A DNA stretch of 64,000 nt from Gammaproteobacteria bacterium (GCA_965277715.1 OZ255836.1:320001-384000); one strand, 5' to 3'. Positions 1 through 11,133 are shown, counted from the first letter of the stretch. The notes: generated by a model not told the origin, from the letters alone. Numbers and translations are program-made.

Positions 1-393
1 ATCCGCGTACAGGGTGGCGACTTTCCCCAGCGGTTGGGGAATATTTTTGCCCGCATTCGCGAGGTTATTATCGAGTGGCAACCACAGGAGTGCGCGGTGG
101 AATCGGTATTTATGAGTAATAACGCCCTGTCTGCACTCAAGCTGGGACAGGCACGCGGCGCGGCGATCAGTGCGGTGGTCGATGCGGGTGTCGATGTCAG
201 CGAATACATGCCACGGCGGATTAAACAAAGCGTGACGGGCACCGGCGGTGCCACTAAAGAACAGGTGCAACACATGGTGGGCGTATTGCTAAACATACGC
301 AATAGCCTGCAGGCCGATGCGGCTGACGGGCTGGCGGTGGCTTTGTGCCATGCCCACTCGCGTGGCCTCAAATCAGTGGGAGTAAAAAAATGA
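1..393 (+). CDS. ruvC: Holliday junction resolvase RuvC (5' end outside window)
   Basis: AVESVFM..SALKLGQARGAAI..IKQSVTGTGGATKEQV..DAADGLAVALCH motifs; lies upstream of ruvA. Confidence 0.95.
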   Translation: MRVQGGDFPQRLGNIFARIREVIIEWQPQECAVESVFMSNNALSALKLGQARGAAISAVVDAGVDVSEYMPRRIKQSVTGTGGATKEQVQHMVGVLLNIRNSLQADAADGLAVALCHAHSRGLKSVGVKK

Positions 394-995
394 TTGGCAG
401 ACTCACCGGCCTGCTGTTGGAAAAGCGGCCACCGCAACTGTTGCTCGATGTCAACGGGGTTGGCTACGAAATTGAAGCGCCGATGTCGACGTTTTACGCG
501 TTACCTGAGCTGGAACAGCGCGTTGCACTGCACACACACCTGGTGGTACGTGACGATGCGCATTTGCTCTTTGGCTTTGCCAGCGAGGCTGAACGCGGCC
601 TGTTTCGCGCCCTGATTAAGGTGAACGGTGTGGGTGCCAAGGTGGCGCTGGCGATTCTCTCGGGGATTAGCGCCAGTGATTTCGCCCTCAGTATCAATAG
701 CGGTGACGTCGCCACCCTGACGCGCCTGCCTGGCATTGGCAAGAAAACCGCCGAACGCCTGATTGTGGAAATGCGCGACAAACTCAACGAGCAACTATTG
801 GGCATGGTGCCTGGCGCCCGTATTGATGGTGCTGGCCATGAAATACTGGGAGATGCCGCATCGCAGGCGGGTCAAGCCCTGGTCTCGCTGGGATACAAAC
901 CGGCAGATGCCGCAAAAATGGTAAAATCGGTGGCCAGGGAAAACGCCAGCACCGAAGACATTATTCGCCTCGCACTGCAATCCCTACAGAGCTAA
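390..995 (+). CDS. ruvA: Holliday junction branch migration protein RuvA
   Basis: MIGRLTG..LDVNGVGYEI..HhH motifs GVGAK/GIGKK; ATG at 390 overlaps the ruvC stop (ATGA). Confidence 0.96.
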   Translation: MIGRLTGLLLEKRPPQLLLDVNGVGYEIEAPMSTFYALPELEQRVALHTHLVVRDDAHLLFGFASEAERGLFRALIKVNGVGAKVALAILSGISASDFALSINSGDVATLTRLPGIGKKTAERLIVEMRDKLNEQLLGMVPGARIDGAGHEILGDAASQAGQALVSLGYKPADAAKMVKSVARENASTEDIIRLALQSLQS

Positions 996-1022
996 CCCTG
1001 CTCCCTACGCCAGTCCAATGCA

Positions 1023-2060
1023 ATGAGTGAAGAAGACCGCATAATCGCCGCTAAAGAGCAATCTGAAGACGATGCGCACGAGCGCGCTCTACGGCCCAAA
1101 TCACTGGCTGACTACCGGGGGCAACCGGCGGTTAACGAACAAATGGGCGTGTTTATCCCCGCTGCGCGGGCACGCCATGAGCCACTCGACCATGTGTTGA
1201 TATTTGGCCCGCCGGGGCTGGGTAAAACCACTTTGGCGAATATCATTGGCTACGAGATGGAGGTCAACGTTCGCCACACTTCTGGCCCGGTACTTGAAAA
1301 AGCGGGTGATCTAGCGGCTTTATTGACAAACCTGGAACCGCGTGATGTGCTGTTTATCGATGAAATCCATCGGCTCAGCCCGGTGGTTGAAGAAGTACTG
1401 TACCCGGCAATGGAGGATTACCAACTCGATATCGTTATTGGCGAAGGCCCTGCCGCTCGTGCCATCAAGCTCGACTTGCCACCGTTTACACTGGTTGGTG
1501 CGACAACCCGTGCCGGGCTGCTGACCTCGCCGCTGCGGGATCGGTTTGGCATCGTACAGCGCCTGGAGTTTTACAACACGCGTGACCTGGCCAATATCGT
1601 TCAGCGTTCAGCACGCATTCTAGACACCCCGATGGACGACCAGGGTGCCAATGAAATCGCCCGCCGTTCACGGGGTACACCGCGTATTGCCAATCGCCTG
1701 CTGCGCCGCGTGCGCGACTACGCTCAGGTCAAGGCAGATGGCACGGTGACTATCGATATTGCCGACCGCGCGCTAAATATGCTGCATGTCGATGCCCAGG
1801 GGCTGGATGGTATGGATCACAAACTGCTGCGTGCGGTTATCGATAAATTCTCAGGTGGCCCGGTGGGTGTGGATAATCTGGGTGCGGCGATTGGCGAGGA
1901 GAGCGGCACGATTGAAGATGTTATCGAGCCGTATTTGATTCAGCAGGGGCTATTGATGCGCACACCGCGTGGTCGTGTTGCGACAGCCAACACCTACCGG
2001 TTGTTTGGTTTGGCGTATGAAGGCGCCACTGGGGGTAGCACCCCCGATTTGTTTACATGA
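1023..2060 (+). CDS. ruvB: Holliday junction branch migration helicase RuvB
   Basis: ALRPKSL, Walker [10 protein letters not shown], Walker [26 protein letters not shown]. Confidence 0.98.
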   Translation: MSEEDRIIAAKEQSEDDAHERALRPKSLADYRGQPAVNEQMGVFIPAARARHEPLDHVLIFGPPGLGKTTLANIIGYEMEVNVRHTSGPVLEKAGDLAALLTNLEPRDVLFIDEIHRLSPVVEEVLYPAMEDYQLDIVIGEGPAARAIKLDLPPFTLVGATTRAGLLTSPLRDRFGIVQRLEFYNTRDLANIVQRSARILDTPMDDQGANEIARRSRGTPRIANRLLRRVRDYAQVKADGTVTIDIADRALNMLHVDAQGLDGMDHKLLRAVIDKFSGGPVGVDNLGAAIGEESGTIEDVIEPYLIQQGLLMRTPRGRVATANTYRLFGLAYEGATGGSTPDLFT

Positions 2061-2554
2061 GCGGTAATGCACCCCACACACTACCGATTCGCGTTTACTA
2101 TGAAGACACCGATGTGGGTGGTGTGGTTTATTACGCCAACTACTTGAAGTTTATGGAGCGCGGTCGCACTGAGTTTTTGCGCTGCCTGGGTTTTCACCAA
2201 CGTCTGTTGCAGAGTGAAACACACTGTCAATTTGTGGTGCGTTCAGTGGCGATGGATTTGCACCGGCCCGCGCACCTCGATGACCTACTGCAACTCGAAA
2301 CCGAGGTGGTACATTGCGGTCGGGCAAGCCTGCGTTTTCACCAACGCGTCATGCGCCATAATACCGCCCAAGGTAATGTGGTTTCGGATAAAACGATTCA
2401 GGCGCCTGTATTGTTGTGTGCCGCCACTATCAGGATAGCGTGTGTCGATACGCTATCATTTCGACCCATTGCTATGCCGGCTATTCTGGCGGCCCAATTG
2501 GTCGATATCGCCGGGGCCGCTACTGCGGCCAACCCAGCCACTGTGAGAAAATAA
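2057..2554 (+). CDS. ybgC: Tol-Pal-associated acyl-CoA thioesterase YbgC
   Basis: [28 protein letters not shown]; position between ruvB and tolQ. Confidence 0.92.
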   Translation: MSGNAPHTLPIRVYYEDTDVGGVVYYANYLKFMERGRTEFLRCLGFHQRLLQSETHCQFVVRSVAMDLHRPAHLDDLLQLETEVVHCGRASLRFHQRVMRHNTAQGNVVSDKTIQAPVLLCAATIRIACVDTLSFRPIAMPAILAAQLVDIAGAATAANPATVRK

Positions 2555-2557
2555 ATT

Positions 2558-3235
2558 GTGAATGCCGATCTCTCCTATATACAGCTAATTTATAACGCCA
2601 GCCTACTGGTGCAACTGGTGATGTTGGCGCTATTGCTGACATCGGTGTTGTCCTGGTCAGTCATCTATAAGAAGTACAGACAATTTACTCAGGCAAAACG
2701 CGCCGCCACACGTTTTGAGACCCTGTTCTGGTCGGGGGGGGATGTCAACGCCATCTACAAAGCCCTGACTTCGCGCCGTGCCAGTCTGCACGGTCTGGAG
2801 CGTATATTCGAGGCGGGCTTTTCAGAGTATGGCCGTCTGCACAAACAGACCAACAATGGTGAGCAGATCCTTGAGGGCGCGCAGCGTGCGATGAAAGTGG
2901 CCTTATCACGCGAAACAGACGAGATAGAATCCAGCCTGCCATTTCTCGCCACCGTCGGCTCGACCAGCCCTTACATTGGTCTGTTTGGCACGGTGTGGGG
3001 GATTATGAACGCCTTTCGTGGGCTCGGTGGTGTACAACAGGCGACCTTGGCAATGGTCGCACCTGGTATCGCCGAGGCGCTGATTGCCACCGCGATGGGC
3101 CTGTTTGCTGCAATACCCGCAGTGATTGCCTACAACCGCTTCGTCAACACAGTCGATCGGCTACTGAACCGCTACGATAACTTTCTCGAAGAGTTCTCCA
3201 CCCTGCTGCAGCGCCAGGTCTATTCACGCCAGTGA
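2558..3235 (+). CDS. tolQ: Tol-Pal protein TolQ
   Basis: LATVGSTSPYIGLFGTVWGIM..VAPGIAEALIATAMGLFAAIPAV. Confidence 0.96.
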   Translation: MNADLSYIQLIYNASLLVQLVMLALLLTSVLSWSVIYKKYRQFTQAKRAATRFETLFWSGGDVNAIYKALTSRRASLHGLERIFEAGFSEYGRLHKQTNNGEQILEGAQRAMKVALSRETDEIESSLPFLATVGSTSPYIGLFGTVWGIMNAFRGLGGVQQATLAMVAPGIAEALIATAMGLFAAIPAVIAYNRFVNTVDRLLNRYDNFLEEFSTLLQRQVYSRQ

Positions 3236-3279
3236 GGAAACAGCAGAGAAACGGGGAGTAAAATGCCTATTTTTACGGG

Positions 3280-3717
3280 GTGGCAGTAATGACAAGACAC
3301 ACTAAACAGCGCAAACGCCCGATGGGTGAAATTAACGTAGTACCGTATATCGACGTTATGCTGGTGCTATTGGTGATCTTCATGATTACCGCGCCGTTGC
3401 TAAAAACCGGCGTTGATGTGGAACTGCCCAAAGCGGCATCCAGCCCCTTGGCGAATGATCAACAGGACGAACCCTTAATATTGACCGTACAAAAAGACGG
3501 TGCCTTTTTACTCGGTGATGAACCGATGGAAAACGATGAACAGGTGAGGTTGAAAGTGTCTGCGATACTGCGCCTGGCAAACCAAAACGGCAGGCAGCCT
3601 GAAGTATTGGTGGCGGGTGATGCCGGTGTCAATTATGGCCGTGTTGTACAGGGCATGGCGCTGTTGCAGGCTGCAGGTGTCCCTCAGGTTGGTCTGATTA
3701 CCGAACCGGCGCAGTGA
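3280..3717 (+). CDS. tolR: Tol-Pal protein TolR (start may be ATG 3289)
   Basis: EINVVPYIDVMLVLLVIFMITAP. Confidence 0.95.
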   Translation: MAVMTRHTKQRKRPMGEINVVPYIDVMLVLLVIFMITAPLLKTGVDVELPKAASSPLANDQQDEPLILTVQKDGAFLLGDEPMENDEQVRLKVSAILRLANQNGRQPEVLVAGDAGVNYGRVVQGMALLQAAGVPQVGLITEPAQ

Positions 3718-3721
3718 CCTA

Positions 3722-4642
3722 ATGTGGGAGCTGGTCAAACATCATCCACAGTCGTTGTGTATTTCCGTGATCGGGCATGCGCTGTTGTTAGGTGTGCTGG
3801 TTTACGGTATCGATTTCGATGCGCTGAAAAAAGATGATCAGGGGCACGCTCAAATAGACCGGATCAAAGCGGTTGCTGTCGATCAAAAGCTGATCCAGGA
3901 TGAAGTCGGAAAACTCAAAAAAGCCAATGAAGTAGAAGCTAAGAGGCAAAAAGAAGCGGAGATTAAAAAACAAAAGGAAGCGGAGGCCAGGAGGCAAAAA
4001 GAGATAGAGGTTAAAAAGCAAAAGGAGGCCGAAACCAAGAGGCAAAAAGAAGCGGAGGCCAAAAAACAGAAAGAGGCCGAAGCCAGACGGCAAAAAGCGG
4101 CTGAGGCCAAAAAACAAAAGGAGATTGAAGCCAAAAAGCAAAAAGAAGCTGAGGCTAAAAAACAAAAAGCGGCCGAGGCAAAGCGCCAACAGCAGGAGCG
4201 CGAGCGTATTGCGGCCCTGGAGGTGGAACGCAAGCGCGAAGAGGAGCGCATTGCCGCCCTGGAAGCCGAACGCAAACGCGAAGAGCAGCGTATCGCCGCA
4301 ATCGAGGCGGAGCGCCAGAGCGCCTTGCAAGCTGAGCGCTCGCGCAAACAACAGCGGCGATTGGCGGGTTTACTCGCTGAGTATCAGGCCGCCATCAAAC
4401 AAAAAGTGCGGCGCAAATGGATCAAACCGGGCAGTGCCAATCAAAGCCACCAGTGCACAGTACGGGCGGTACAAATACCCTCGGGAGAAGTGATTGATGT
4501 GAACGTCTTGTCATGCACTGGCGGTGGCGATGCCCTGGCACGCTCGGTAGAATTGGCTGTGCGCAAGGCCTCGCCTTTGCCATTGCCCAAAGATATGGCA
4601 CTGTTTTCCCGTCAACTGGAATTTACATTCAGGCCGGAATAG
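3722..4642 (+). CDS. tolA: Tol-Pal protein TolA
   Basis: N-terminal TM with S..H motif, KKQKEAEA 8-aa helical repeats, C-terminal TonB_C-like domain (AVRKASPLPLP); operon position. Confidence 0.9.
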   Translation: MWELVKHHPQSLCISVIGHALLLGVLVYGIDFDALKKDDQGHAQIDRIKAVAVDQKLIQDEVGKLKKANEVEAKRQKEAEIKKQKEAEARRQKEIEVKKQKEAETKRQKEAEAKKQKEAEARRQKAAEAKKQKEIEAKKQKEAEAKKQKAAEAKRQQQERERIAALEVERKREEERIAALEAERKREEQRIAAIEAERQSALQAERSRKQQRRLAGLLAEYQAAIKQKVRRKWIKPGSANQSHQCTVRAVQIPSGEVIDVNVLSCTGGGDALARSVELAVRKASPLPLPKDMALFSRQLEFTFRPE

Positions 4643-4708
4643 GTCATTCTGGTGCCGGTTGCCCACACTTAAAATTAAACCAGATACAGATACATTGCGA
4701 ACAACACC

Positions 4709-6016
4709 ATGCGCCTGATCCGATCATTACTCTTCTTTATGTTCGCCTTCCATGCTTTGATGCTCAATGCCGCCGATGACATACTGCATATTGAAGTGAC
4801 CGGTGGTACTGAAGGGGCCTTACCTATTGCGATAGTCCCTTTTACCTGGGAGGGGGCGGGTGCACCACCCCAAGACCTGGCACACATTGTCAGCGCAGAC
4901 CTGGCGCGCAGTGGTCAGTTTGCACCGCTGCCTGTCGGTGATCTACTGGCACGGCCAAAAAGTGGTGCCGAAGTAACCTTTGCCAACTGGAAAACGGGCG
5001 GCATTGAAAACCTGGTTATCGGCAAACTCAAACAGGTGGATAACGGTGGCTATGTTGCACAGTTTCAGTTGTTCGATGTGTTTAACGAAAAACAAATGCT
5101 CGGCTACAGCTTTCCGGTGCAGGCCACGCAGCTCCGCCAGGTGGCACACGAAATCAGCGATATTATTTTTGAAAAACTCACTGGGCTGCGCGGTGCGTTT
5201 AATACACAGGTCGCCTACGTCTCGGTAGTGAACACGGCTGATGGCAAGCGCAGCCATATCTTGAAAATTGCCGATTCGGACGGGTTTGACCCACAGACCA
5301 TTCTCTCGTCAAAATTGCCGCTGATGTCACCATCCTGGTCACCAGATGGCCAACAAATTGCCTACGTCTCCTTTGAAAACCGCCGCACATCCGCCATCTA
5401 TATACAATCGGTCAATACCGGCAAACGCCAAAAGATATCCTCTGTACAAGGCATTAACGGCGCCCCGGTATGGTCACCAGACGGCAGTAAGCTGGCCCTG
5501 ACCCTGTCGCACCAGGGCAACCCTGACATCTATCTGCTCGATGTGGCATCGGGCCGTTTGACACAGCTAACGCGCAATCGGGCCATCGATACCGAGGCCA
5601 CCTGGGATCCCTCCGGCGACAGCCTGATTTTTACCTCTGATCGCAGCAGTGGCGTGCAGTTGTACGAGATACCGGTTACCGGTGGGCGGGCGCAACGTTT
5701 AACTTTTGAAGGTCGTTACAATGCCAGCCCATCGGTCTCGCCTGATGGCCAGTTGATCGCGTTCGTATACGGTGATCAGGGGCGTTTTCGTATCGCGGTG
5801 CTCAATCGGCAGACCGCTGAGCTGCGTATTCTCACTGATGGTCGTCTCGACGAATCCCCCAGCTTTGCACCCAATGGTAGTATGATTATCTACGCGGCGG
5901 CTGGCAGTCCTCGGGGGGTATTGGGTGCCGTCTCGGCTGATGGTCGGATCAAGCAACGTTTTACCCTGAGCGAAGGGGATGTGCGCGAGCCAGCCTGGTC
6001 GCCCTTTTTAAAATAG
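4709..6016 (+). CDS. tolB: Tol-Pal beta-propeller protein TolB
   Basis: Signal peptide, PIAIVPF, repeated PxWSPDG (PD40) motifs, ends EPAWSPF. Confidence 0.96.
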   Translation: MRLIRSLLFFMFAFHALMLNAADDILHIEVTGGTEGALPIAIVPFTWEGAGAPPQDLAHIVSADLARSGQFAPLPVGDLLARPKSGAEVTFANWKTGGIENLVIGKLKQVDNGGYVAQFQLFDVFNEKQMLGYSFPVQATQLRQVAHEISDIIFEKLTGLRGAFNTQVAYVSVVNTADGKRSHILKIADSDGFDPQTILSSKLPLMSPSWSPDGQQIAYVSFENRRTSAIYIQSVNTGKRQKISSVQGINGAPVWSPDGSKLALTLSHQGNPDIYLLDVASGRLTQLTRNRAIDTEATWDPSGDSLIFTSDRSSGVQLYEIPVTGGRAQRLTFEGRYNASPSVSPDGQLIAFVYGDQGRFRIAVLNRQTAELRILTDGRLDESPSFAPNGSMIIYAAAGSPRGVLGAVSADGRIKQRFTLSEGDVREPAWSPFLK

Positions 6017-6104
6017 CATTTACAATAGGCACTCTGTTTATCGGGAGAGCCGCAATACGATGAACATAAACCGATTAACCAAGGCATAGGTGCCATAGGA
6101 GTAT

Positions 6105-6668
6105 TTGATGATAAAAATGTTAGTTAAAGTAGTGTTTGTATCCCTGTTTCTTGGTGGGTTGATAAGTTGTAGTACAACCACTGAAAAGCCTCCAGAAGTC
6201 ACTGTCGATACGAGTGATAAAAGTGCAGCCACTGATTCAGGTGATGATGCCGGAAACGACACGGGGGCGACCACCAGTGGCACTGAAATAGCGGCTACAT
6301 TTGCGCGTAACGCAATCAGTGATCCAAGCAGCCCGCTCAACCAAAAAGTCATCTATTTCGATTACGACAAGAGTGCTGTATTGGCCGAGTATATGGGGGT
6401 GGTCGACAACCACGCCAGATACCTGACTGATTACCCGGACGTGAGAATACGCCTGGAAGGCCATACCGATGAGCGCGCCTCACGGGAGTACAATATTGCC
6501 CTGGGTGAACGCCGTGCTGCCACTGTGCGTCGCTTATTGTTATTGCAGGGCGTGTCTGCTGATCAGGTCAGTATCCTCAGTTACGGTGAAGAGCTGCCCG
6601 CCGCGCTGGGGCACGATGAATCTGCCTGGGCGCAAAACCGCCGCGTCGAATTTGTCTATGAGCCTTAA
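6105..6668 (+). CDS. pal: Peptidoglycan-associated lipoprotein Pal
   Basis: Lipobox LISC; OmpA-C motifs IYFDYDKS, EGHTDER..YNIALGERRA, NRRVE. Confidence 0.95.
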   Translation: MMIKMLVKVVFVSLFLGGLISCSTTTEKPPEVTVDTSDKSAATDSGDDAGNDTGATTSGTEIAATFARNAISDPSSPLNQKVIYFDYDKSAVLAEYMGVVDNHARYLTDYPDVRIRLEGHTDERASREYNIALGERRAATVRRLLLLQGVSADQVSILSYGEELPAALGHDESAWAQNRRVEFVYEP

Positions 6669-6771
6669 TCTTTCCACGAGTACCTAAACCTGATAGAAGG
6701 TGTTGGAAGTGTTGTGAGTGCAGCAGTTTTTCGGCACCTTCAATAGGTATTTAATCCAGGAATATAACGGT

Positions 6772-7629
6772 ATGTTCAAAACTGCCTCTGTTGCGTTAGT
6801 TGCCCTGACAGGGTTTGTGTGTGTGGGAGAGGCCTTAGCGGCTACCTCTGTGACCAGCACCACGGCTGAATCAGCGGCTACCAGTACCTCCCTTGCCGGT
6901 GTCAATCAGCGACTCAAACGTATTGAGCGCGTACTCGAAAACCAGGTAATGCTGGAAATGTTGCAGCGTATCGAAAGCCTGCAGATAGAAGTGCGCGAAC
7001 TGCGTGGGGAAATTGAAAGCCAGGGGTTTGAGCTACAATCGATGCGTAAACAACAACGCGATCTGTACCTCGATACAGACCGGCGTTTACGTGACCTTGA
7101 GCTGGTTGGCAGCGCCCCTAACAGCCAATCCTCTGGAGTAACCATTGAACCGACGGAGACAGCTCCATCAGGTGGTGATGCGACAGCGGCTCTTAACACT
7201 GCCGGTACAAATAGTACTGGGACTATAGCCTCTTTCGACCCGGCCCAGGAAAAGGCTGCTTATACCGATGCCTTCAATTATCTTAAAGAAGGACGCTATG
7301 AAGGCGCTATCAAGGCGTTTGGCCAGTTTTTACAGAATTACCCTAATGGTAACTATGCCGATAATGCACAGTACTGGCTGGGCGAAGCCAATTACGTATC
7401 ACGTTTTTATGATGTCGCGATTAAAGAATTTAAGACCGTTGTCAGTAAATACCCCGCCAGCCCAAAGATAGCTGATGCGCGTTTGAAGATAGGGTATGTG
7501 CACTATGAACTTAAAAACTGGCAAGCTGCACGTGATGCCCTCACCGCACTGGAAAGTGACTTCCCCGGCACTTCTGTTGCCCGCTTGGCTAATAAGCGAT
7601 TGGCGCGGATGCGCGATGAAGGTCACTGA
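6772..7629 (+). CDS. cpoB: Tol-Pal protein CpoB/YbgF
   Basis: Coiled coil followed by TPRs (NAQYWLGEANY, YPASPKIADA); follows pal. Confidence 0.92.
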   Translation: MFKTASVALVALTGFVCVGEALAATSVTSTTAESAATSTSLAGVNQRLKRIERVLENQVMLEMLQRIESLQIEVRELRGEIESQGFELQSMRKQQRDLYLDTDRRLRDLELVGSAPNSQSSGVTIEPTETAPSGGDATAALNTAGTNSTGTIASFDPAQEKAAYTDAFNYLKEGRYEGAIKAFGQFLQNYPNGNYADNAQYWLGEANYVSRFYDVAIKEFKTVVSKYPASPKIADARLKIGYVHYELKNWQAARDALTALESDFPGTSVARLANKRLARMRDEGH

Positions 7630-7729
7630 TAATCAGTGATTGTCAGGGGTATGCATTTGGCACGCGTTTATAAACAGGAAACGCTTTAAAATGGTTTGTG
7701 ACTCCTGTATTATGCCCCGCTTTCTTCCA

Positions 7730-7805
7730 GGGCCGTTAGCTCAGTCGGTAGAGCATCTGACTTTTAATCAGGTGGTCGAAGGTTCGAATCCTTCACGGCC
7801 CACCA
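7730..7805 (+). tRNA. tRNA-Lys (TTT)
   Basis: GGGCCGTTAGCTCAG..anticodon loop CT-TTT-AA..GGTTCGAATCC..CCA; 76 nt. Confidence 0.97.
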
Positions 7806-7908
7806 TTTTTTCAGCTTTTGCTTATAAGTTAATGAATTATAAGTAAATAGTTTGGTCGAGATTCGATCAAGTCTCATTAATGTTGTGAGGAAGGTAAGCC
7901 CCCTCTTT

Positions 7909-7943
7909 CTAAGGCCTGCACCGTGAATGCGGGCCTTAGTTTT
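7909..7943 (+). terminator. Probable intrinsic terminator downstream of tRNA-Lys
   Basis: CTAAGGCCTGCA/TGCGGGCCTTAG stem followed by TTTT. Confidence 0.55.
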
Positions 7944-7977
7944 ATATGAGGTTCTCTACCATCTACTATCAGAATCA

Positions 7978-9276
7978 TCAGTGTTTCAAAATTCCTGGCT
8001 GTCGAGGTTTTAAATGCCTCACTAAGCTATGCATAATAGTTCTAAGGGACTTTCTTGTCATTATTGCATTTTGCAGAGAGCGGATGGTGAATGAGCATAT
8101 ACGGGTAATTCTAGCGTAAAAAAACAATGGATTAACAAAGCCGCCTTTTTTCTGGGCAATTTGTTGTCTCTTATCAAGCATTTTAGTGTATTTTTTATCA
8201 GATGGATGAATACATTCCAGGTTTTTTGTTTTTGATGTTTCTTCAAAAATACGCATGATATTATAGGCCATAGCAGTAAAACGCATTTGACTGTTCAGCG
8301 CATTCAGGTTTGACGACCAGGCTTTTCTTTCGGTGAAATCACTTTTACTATTGTTGAATGATTTTTCTATCGTCCAACGCTTGTAATAGAGCATAGCAAT
8401 AGTGCCTGGGTTAATTGACTCTGGTAGCGTTGAAATAAATTGATGTAATTGACCTGTTTCTGGGTCGCGGTATTTAACAATATGAAATTGGGCCTTTTTA
8501 TTTTTATATACACTATAGCCTTCAACCCCTGTATTAATTTCACTACCCTGGTCATAGGGTGTAGAGTTGACAAAAGTTGCAACTGCATTTTCTTTGAGTA
8601 CTGAAATCATAAAATTCTGATGCTGTTTTTGCTTTTCCCACCATGCATAATCAGTCACCGCCTTATCGTATATATAGAGATGCTTTTGCCAAGTCTCTTT
8701 TTCGCCACAACGTTGTTCAATATAAGAACGTAACGCGGGTATTTCCTGGTGCCGTTCAGTACCGTTAGTCACGACACAAAGTGGTCTTAGAAGTCCATTT
8801 CTGAGGTTCAAGGCATGAATAAAGCCTGCTGCGAAGACGTTGCCCTGACGATTTTTCTCTGTGTGACAAGCATGCTGTATAAAATGACCATCAGCTGCTT
8901 CTACTCGATATTCTTCAAGTTCAGGAAATTGTTTTAAATAATCAATGTCCAAAGAAGATAATTTCTCACTTTGCAGTTGATAGCTTTGCTTTTCCATGGC
9001 TTGCATCATCTTCATCCGTCTTGTCGACTTCAATGCGTTAAAATAGCTTGAATGACAAATTGTCTCGTCGTATATTTCATCCGTAACCTGTAGATAGTGA
9101 CGACCACTATGTACAAGACTTATACAGCGAAGTAACCCATGGCGAGAAAAAGCTACGTCATCAATGGCATCGCATGATCTTTTCCATAAAGGGAAGCGTT
9201 CAGCAGCAATTGCTTTTTACATACTTATTTTACAGTGTTCGGTGATATATTCTTCAACGGTCATTATTTCGTTCAT
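7978..9276 (-). pseudogene. IS4-family DDE transposase with an early nonsense codon
   Basis: AADGH, YIYDKA and LYYKRWTIEKSFNNSK (YREK-like) motifs. The frame extends to ATG 9276 but has an in-frame TAA at 9217-9219. Confidence 0.7.
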
Positions 9277-9511
9277 ATTAAATTTTCCCATTTAATCAGA
9301 TACTAAATGGGTATTTTAAAAAAAATTCTGCTGGTGAATGCAAGTGTTTTTTTGGATAATTTTATTTATTTTATGAATTATAAAGCGTGTTATCGGTTTA
9401 TAAAAAAACAGTACAAATTTTATAAAAAATACTATTTGTAGCTTATGGCGGCTCTTTTCAGGTGTTATTCATTGCGTTATTAGCTTCCTGGTAGGATTCT
9501 AGTGGTACACC

Positions 9512-9723
9512 CATGAATGGGATAGTATTTTTCCCGACAGTATGATGACCGTGGCTGCCGTTGACAGGCTCATTCACCATGCCGCCATTGTCGAAATGAA
9601 CGGCGACAGCTATCGGAAAAAACAACAAATTAATAGTTTGAAAACACAGGGGAAAACAACCTCCCTTTTGTGACAACTAACCGGACAACTTAATTGACGC
9701 CTATCGGACAAAATAATTGACAC
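9512..9723 (+). mobile_element. IS21-family remnant: istB 3' end and right end
   Basis: Translates WDSIFPDSMMTVAAVDRLIHHAAIVEMNGDSYRKK* (IstB C-terminus), followed by repeated CGGACAA..TAATTGAC boxes ending in CA. Confidence 0.8.
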
Positions 9724-9727
9724 TTAA

Positions 9728-9917
9728 CAAGCGTACCTTGTGCAATGCCTTCTTCCTTGGCTAACCGGGAAATTGTCTGATTGTTCGGCGGCAGCATCTT
9801 CTTTAAAACAGCGGCCTTTCTTTCTACTGGATAACACATACCACTCTCTCTTTGCCTCCTGTAAAAACTTATTGAATCCCAATTTAGGGAGGGGGACAAA
9901 TACCCTGACACAGGGGG
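9728..9917 (-). mobile_element. IS3-family left-end remnant, same element as 17432-19108
   Basis: Reverse complement matches the left end and orfA start (ERKAAVLKKMLPPNNQTISRLAKEEG) of the full copy. Confidence 0.88.
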
Positions 9918-10032
9918 CATTATCCGTAACGACAACCGCGCTATCTTTAAAGCCGCTGCACAGGCGCAGAAGGCCCATGAGTGGATTACTCAGGCTTATG
10001 AAGCCAATCAAATTCACACCAAGGCAGCGTAG
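9918..10032 (+). pseudogene. C-terminal remnant of an ArdC-family antirestriction protein
   Basis: Translates IIRNDNRAIFKAAAQAQKAHEWI..*, similar to the ArdC C-terminal helix; cut by the IS3 end. Confidence 0.6.
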
Positions 10033-10051
10033 ATATACAAACCACTAACAC

Positions 10052-10073
10052 CACGGGGCATTTGCCCCGTGGC
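10052..10073. terminator. GC-rich hairpin after the ArdC remnant
   Basis: CCACGGGGCA-TT-TGCCCCGTGG perfect inverted repeat. Confidence 0.45.
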
Positions 10074-10120
10074 CTACACTCTACTTTGAATAACCTAGTA
10101 AGTAATCGTTGTATATCAAA

Positions 10121-10150
10121 ATAAGTACAAGTACAATAATAAGTACAAAT
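10121..10150 (+). promoter_or_regulatory. Probable autoregulatory operator of the yefM-yoeB operon
   Basis: Three AAGTACAA/GTACAA units just upstream of yefM, resembling the TGTACA cores of yefM-yoeB operators. Confidence 0.5.
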
Positions 10151-10168
10151 AAAGAGAGATGTCAAATT

Positions 10169-10423
10169 ATGAACACAATGAGCTATTCAGCTTTTCGAAC
10201 TCAACTGGCAGGTACTCTGGATAAGGTAAACGAAGATCAAAAGCCATTATTAATCACTCGACAGAATGGTAAGCCTGCTGTCGTGATGAGCCTGGTGGAA
10301 TTTCACTCCTATGAAGAAACAGCCTACTTGATGGCCAATCCTCGTAATGCGGCTCGTCTAGCGGAGTCTATTGCCCAAATTGAGTCAGGTGATGTTGTTG
10401 AAAATGGTCTAATCGAAGAATGA
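10169..10423 (+). CDS. yefM: YefM/Phd-family antitoxin
   Basis: MNTMSYSAFRTQL..PLLITRQNGKPAVVMSL..SYEETAYLM..PRNAARL. Confidence 0.92.
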   Translation: MNTMSYSAFRTQLAGTLDKVNEDQKPLLITRQNGKPAVVMSLVEFHSYEETAYLMANPRNAARLAESIAQIESGDVVENGLIEE

Positions 10424-10674
10424 GGCTCACTTGGTCGCTAAATGCTTGGGAAGATTATTTGTACTGGCAACAAATCGATAAAAAGCTGTTAAAACGCATT
10501 AATAAACTGATCAAAGATATTATGCGCAATCCGTTTGACGGTATTGGAGACCCTGAACCTTTAAAGCATAGCTGGTCTGGTTATTGGTCTCGACGTATCA
10601 ACAGGGAGCACAGGCTTGTTTATAAAATTGAAGGTTCGACAGTGATTATTGCTCAGTGTCGATACCATTATTAA
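10420..10674 (+). CDS. yoeB: YoeB/Txe-family mRNA interferase toxin
   Basis: AWEDYLYWQ..GIGDPEPLKH..GYWSRRINREHRLVY..CRYHY; ATGA overlap with yefM. Confidence 0.94.
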   Translation: MRLTWSLNAWEDYLYWQQIDKKLLKRINKLIKDIMRNPFDGIGDPEPLKHSWSGYWSRRINREHRLVYKIEGSTVIIAQCRYHY

Positions 10675-10892
10675 ACGGAAGGAATTAGGTATGTTGGATT
10701 CAAATGTAATTTCATTAGAGGGAAAACTGGTTGAAAAATACAGAATTTTTTCAGTTAAAGATCTCCATCTTTAAACATTTTATAAACGAATATCTATTAT
10801 AAACTAGTAGGTATAAAAACCTTACCCGATATAATCAGAAAAACAGGAGAGGCAGCAATGCTTATATGGTTTGCGGTGAACTGGTTTCAAAT

Positions 10893-11072
10893 CACTTATT
10901 AGGGCTGATCGAAAATTTATGTGACCGGCTGATCGCCAACGCTTGATACTGATACTCCAACGCCTCATCGTGTCGGCCTAACTCACCCAGGGTACTCCCC
11001 ACATTATCCACACTGATTGGCTGATCGCCAATGCTTGCTGTTGGTACTCCAGTGCCTCATCATAATAGCCGT
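10893..11072 (-). pseudogene. Relic of a tetratricopeptide-repeat (TPR_12-like) gene
   Basis: Two out-of-frame repeat fragments: GYYDEALEYQQQALAIS and DNVGSTLGELGRHDEALEYQYQALAIS. Confidence 0.6.
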
Positions 11073-11133
11073 CTAAGCCGGTAACATGACCTAACAAGCT
11101 GTAATAAACTCCCCCTTCCTGGTTATGCGGTAT

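Noticed and set aside
3788-4351. Antisense ORFs with periodic FCFLASAS text
   Set aside because: Reverse complement of the TolA repeats.
7640-7846. Small ORF over tRNA-Lys (also ORFs 45357-45620 and the prs extension from 52424)
   Set aside because: These overlap tRNA genes and are spurious starts.
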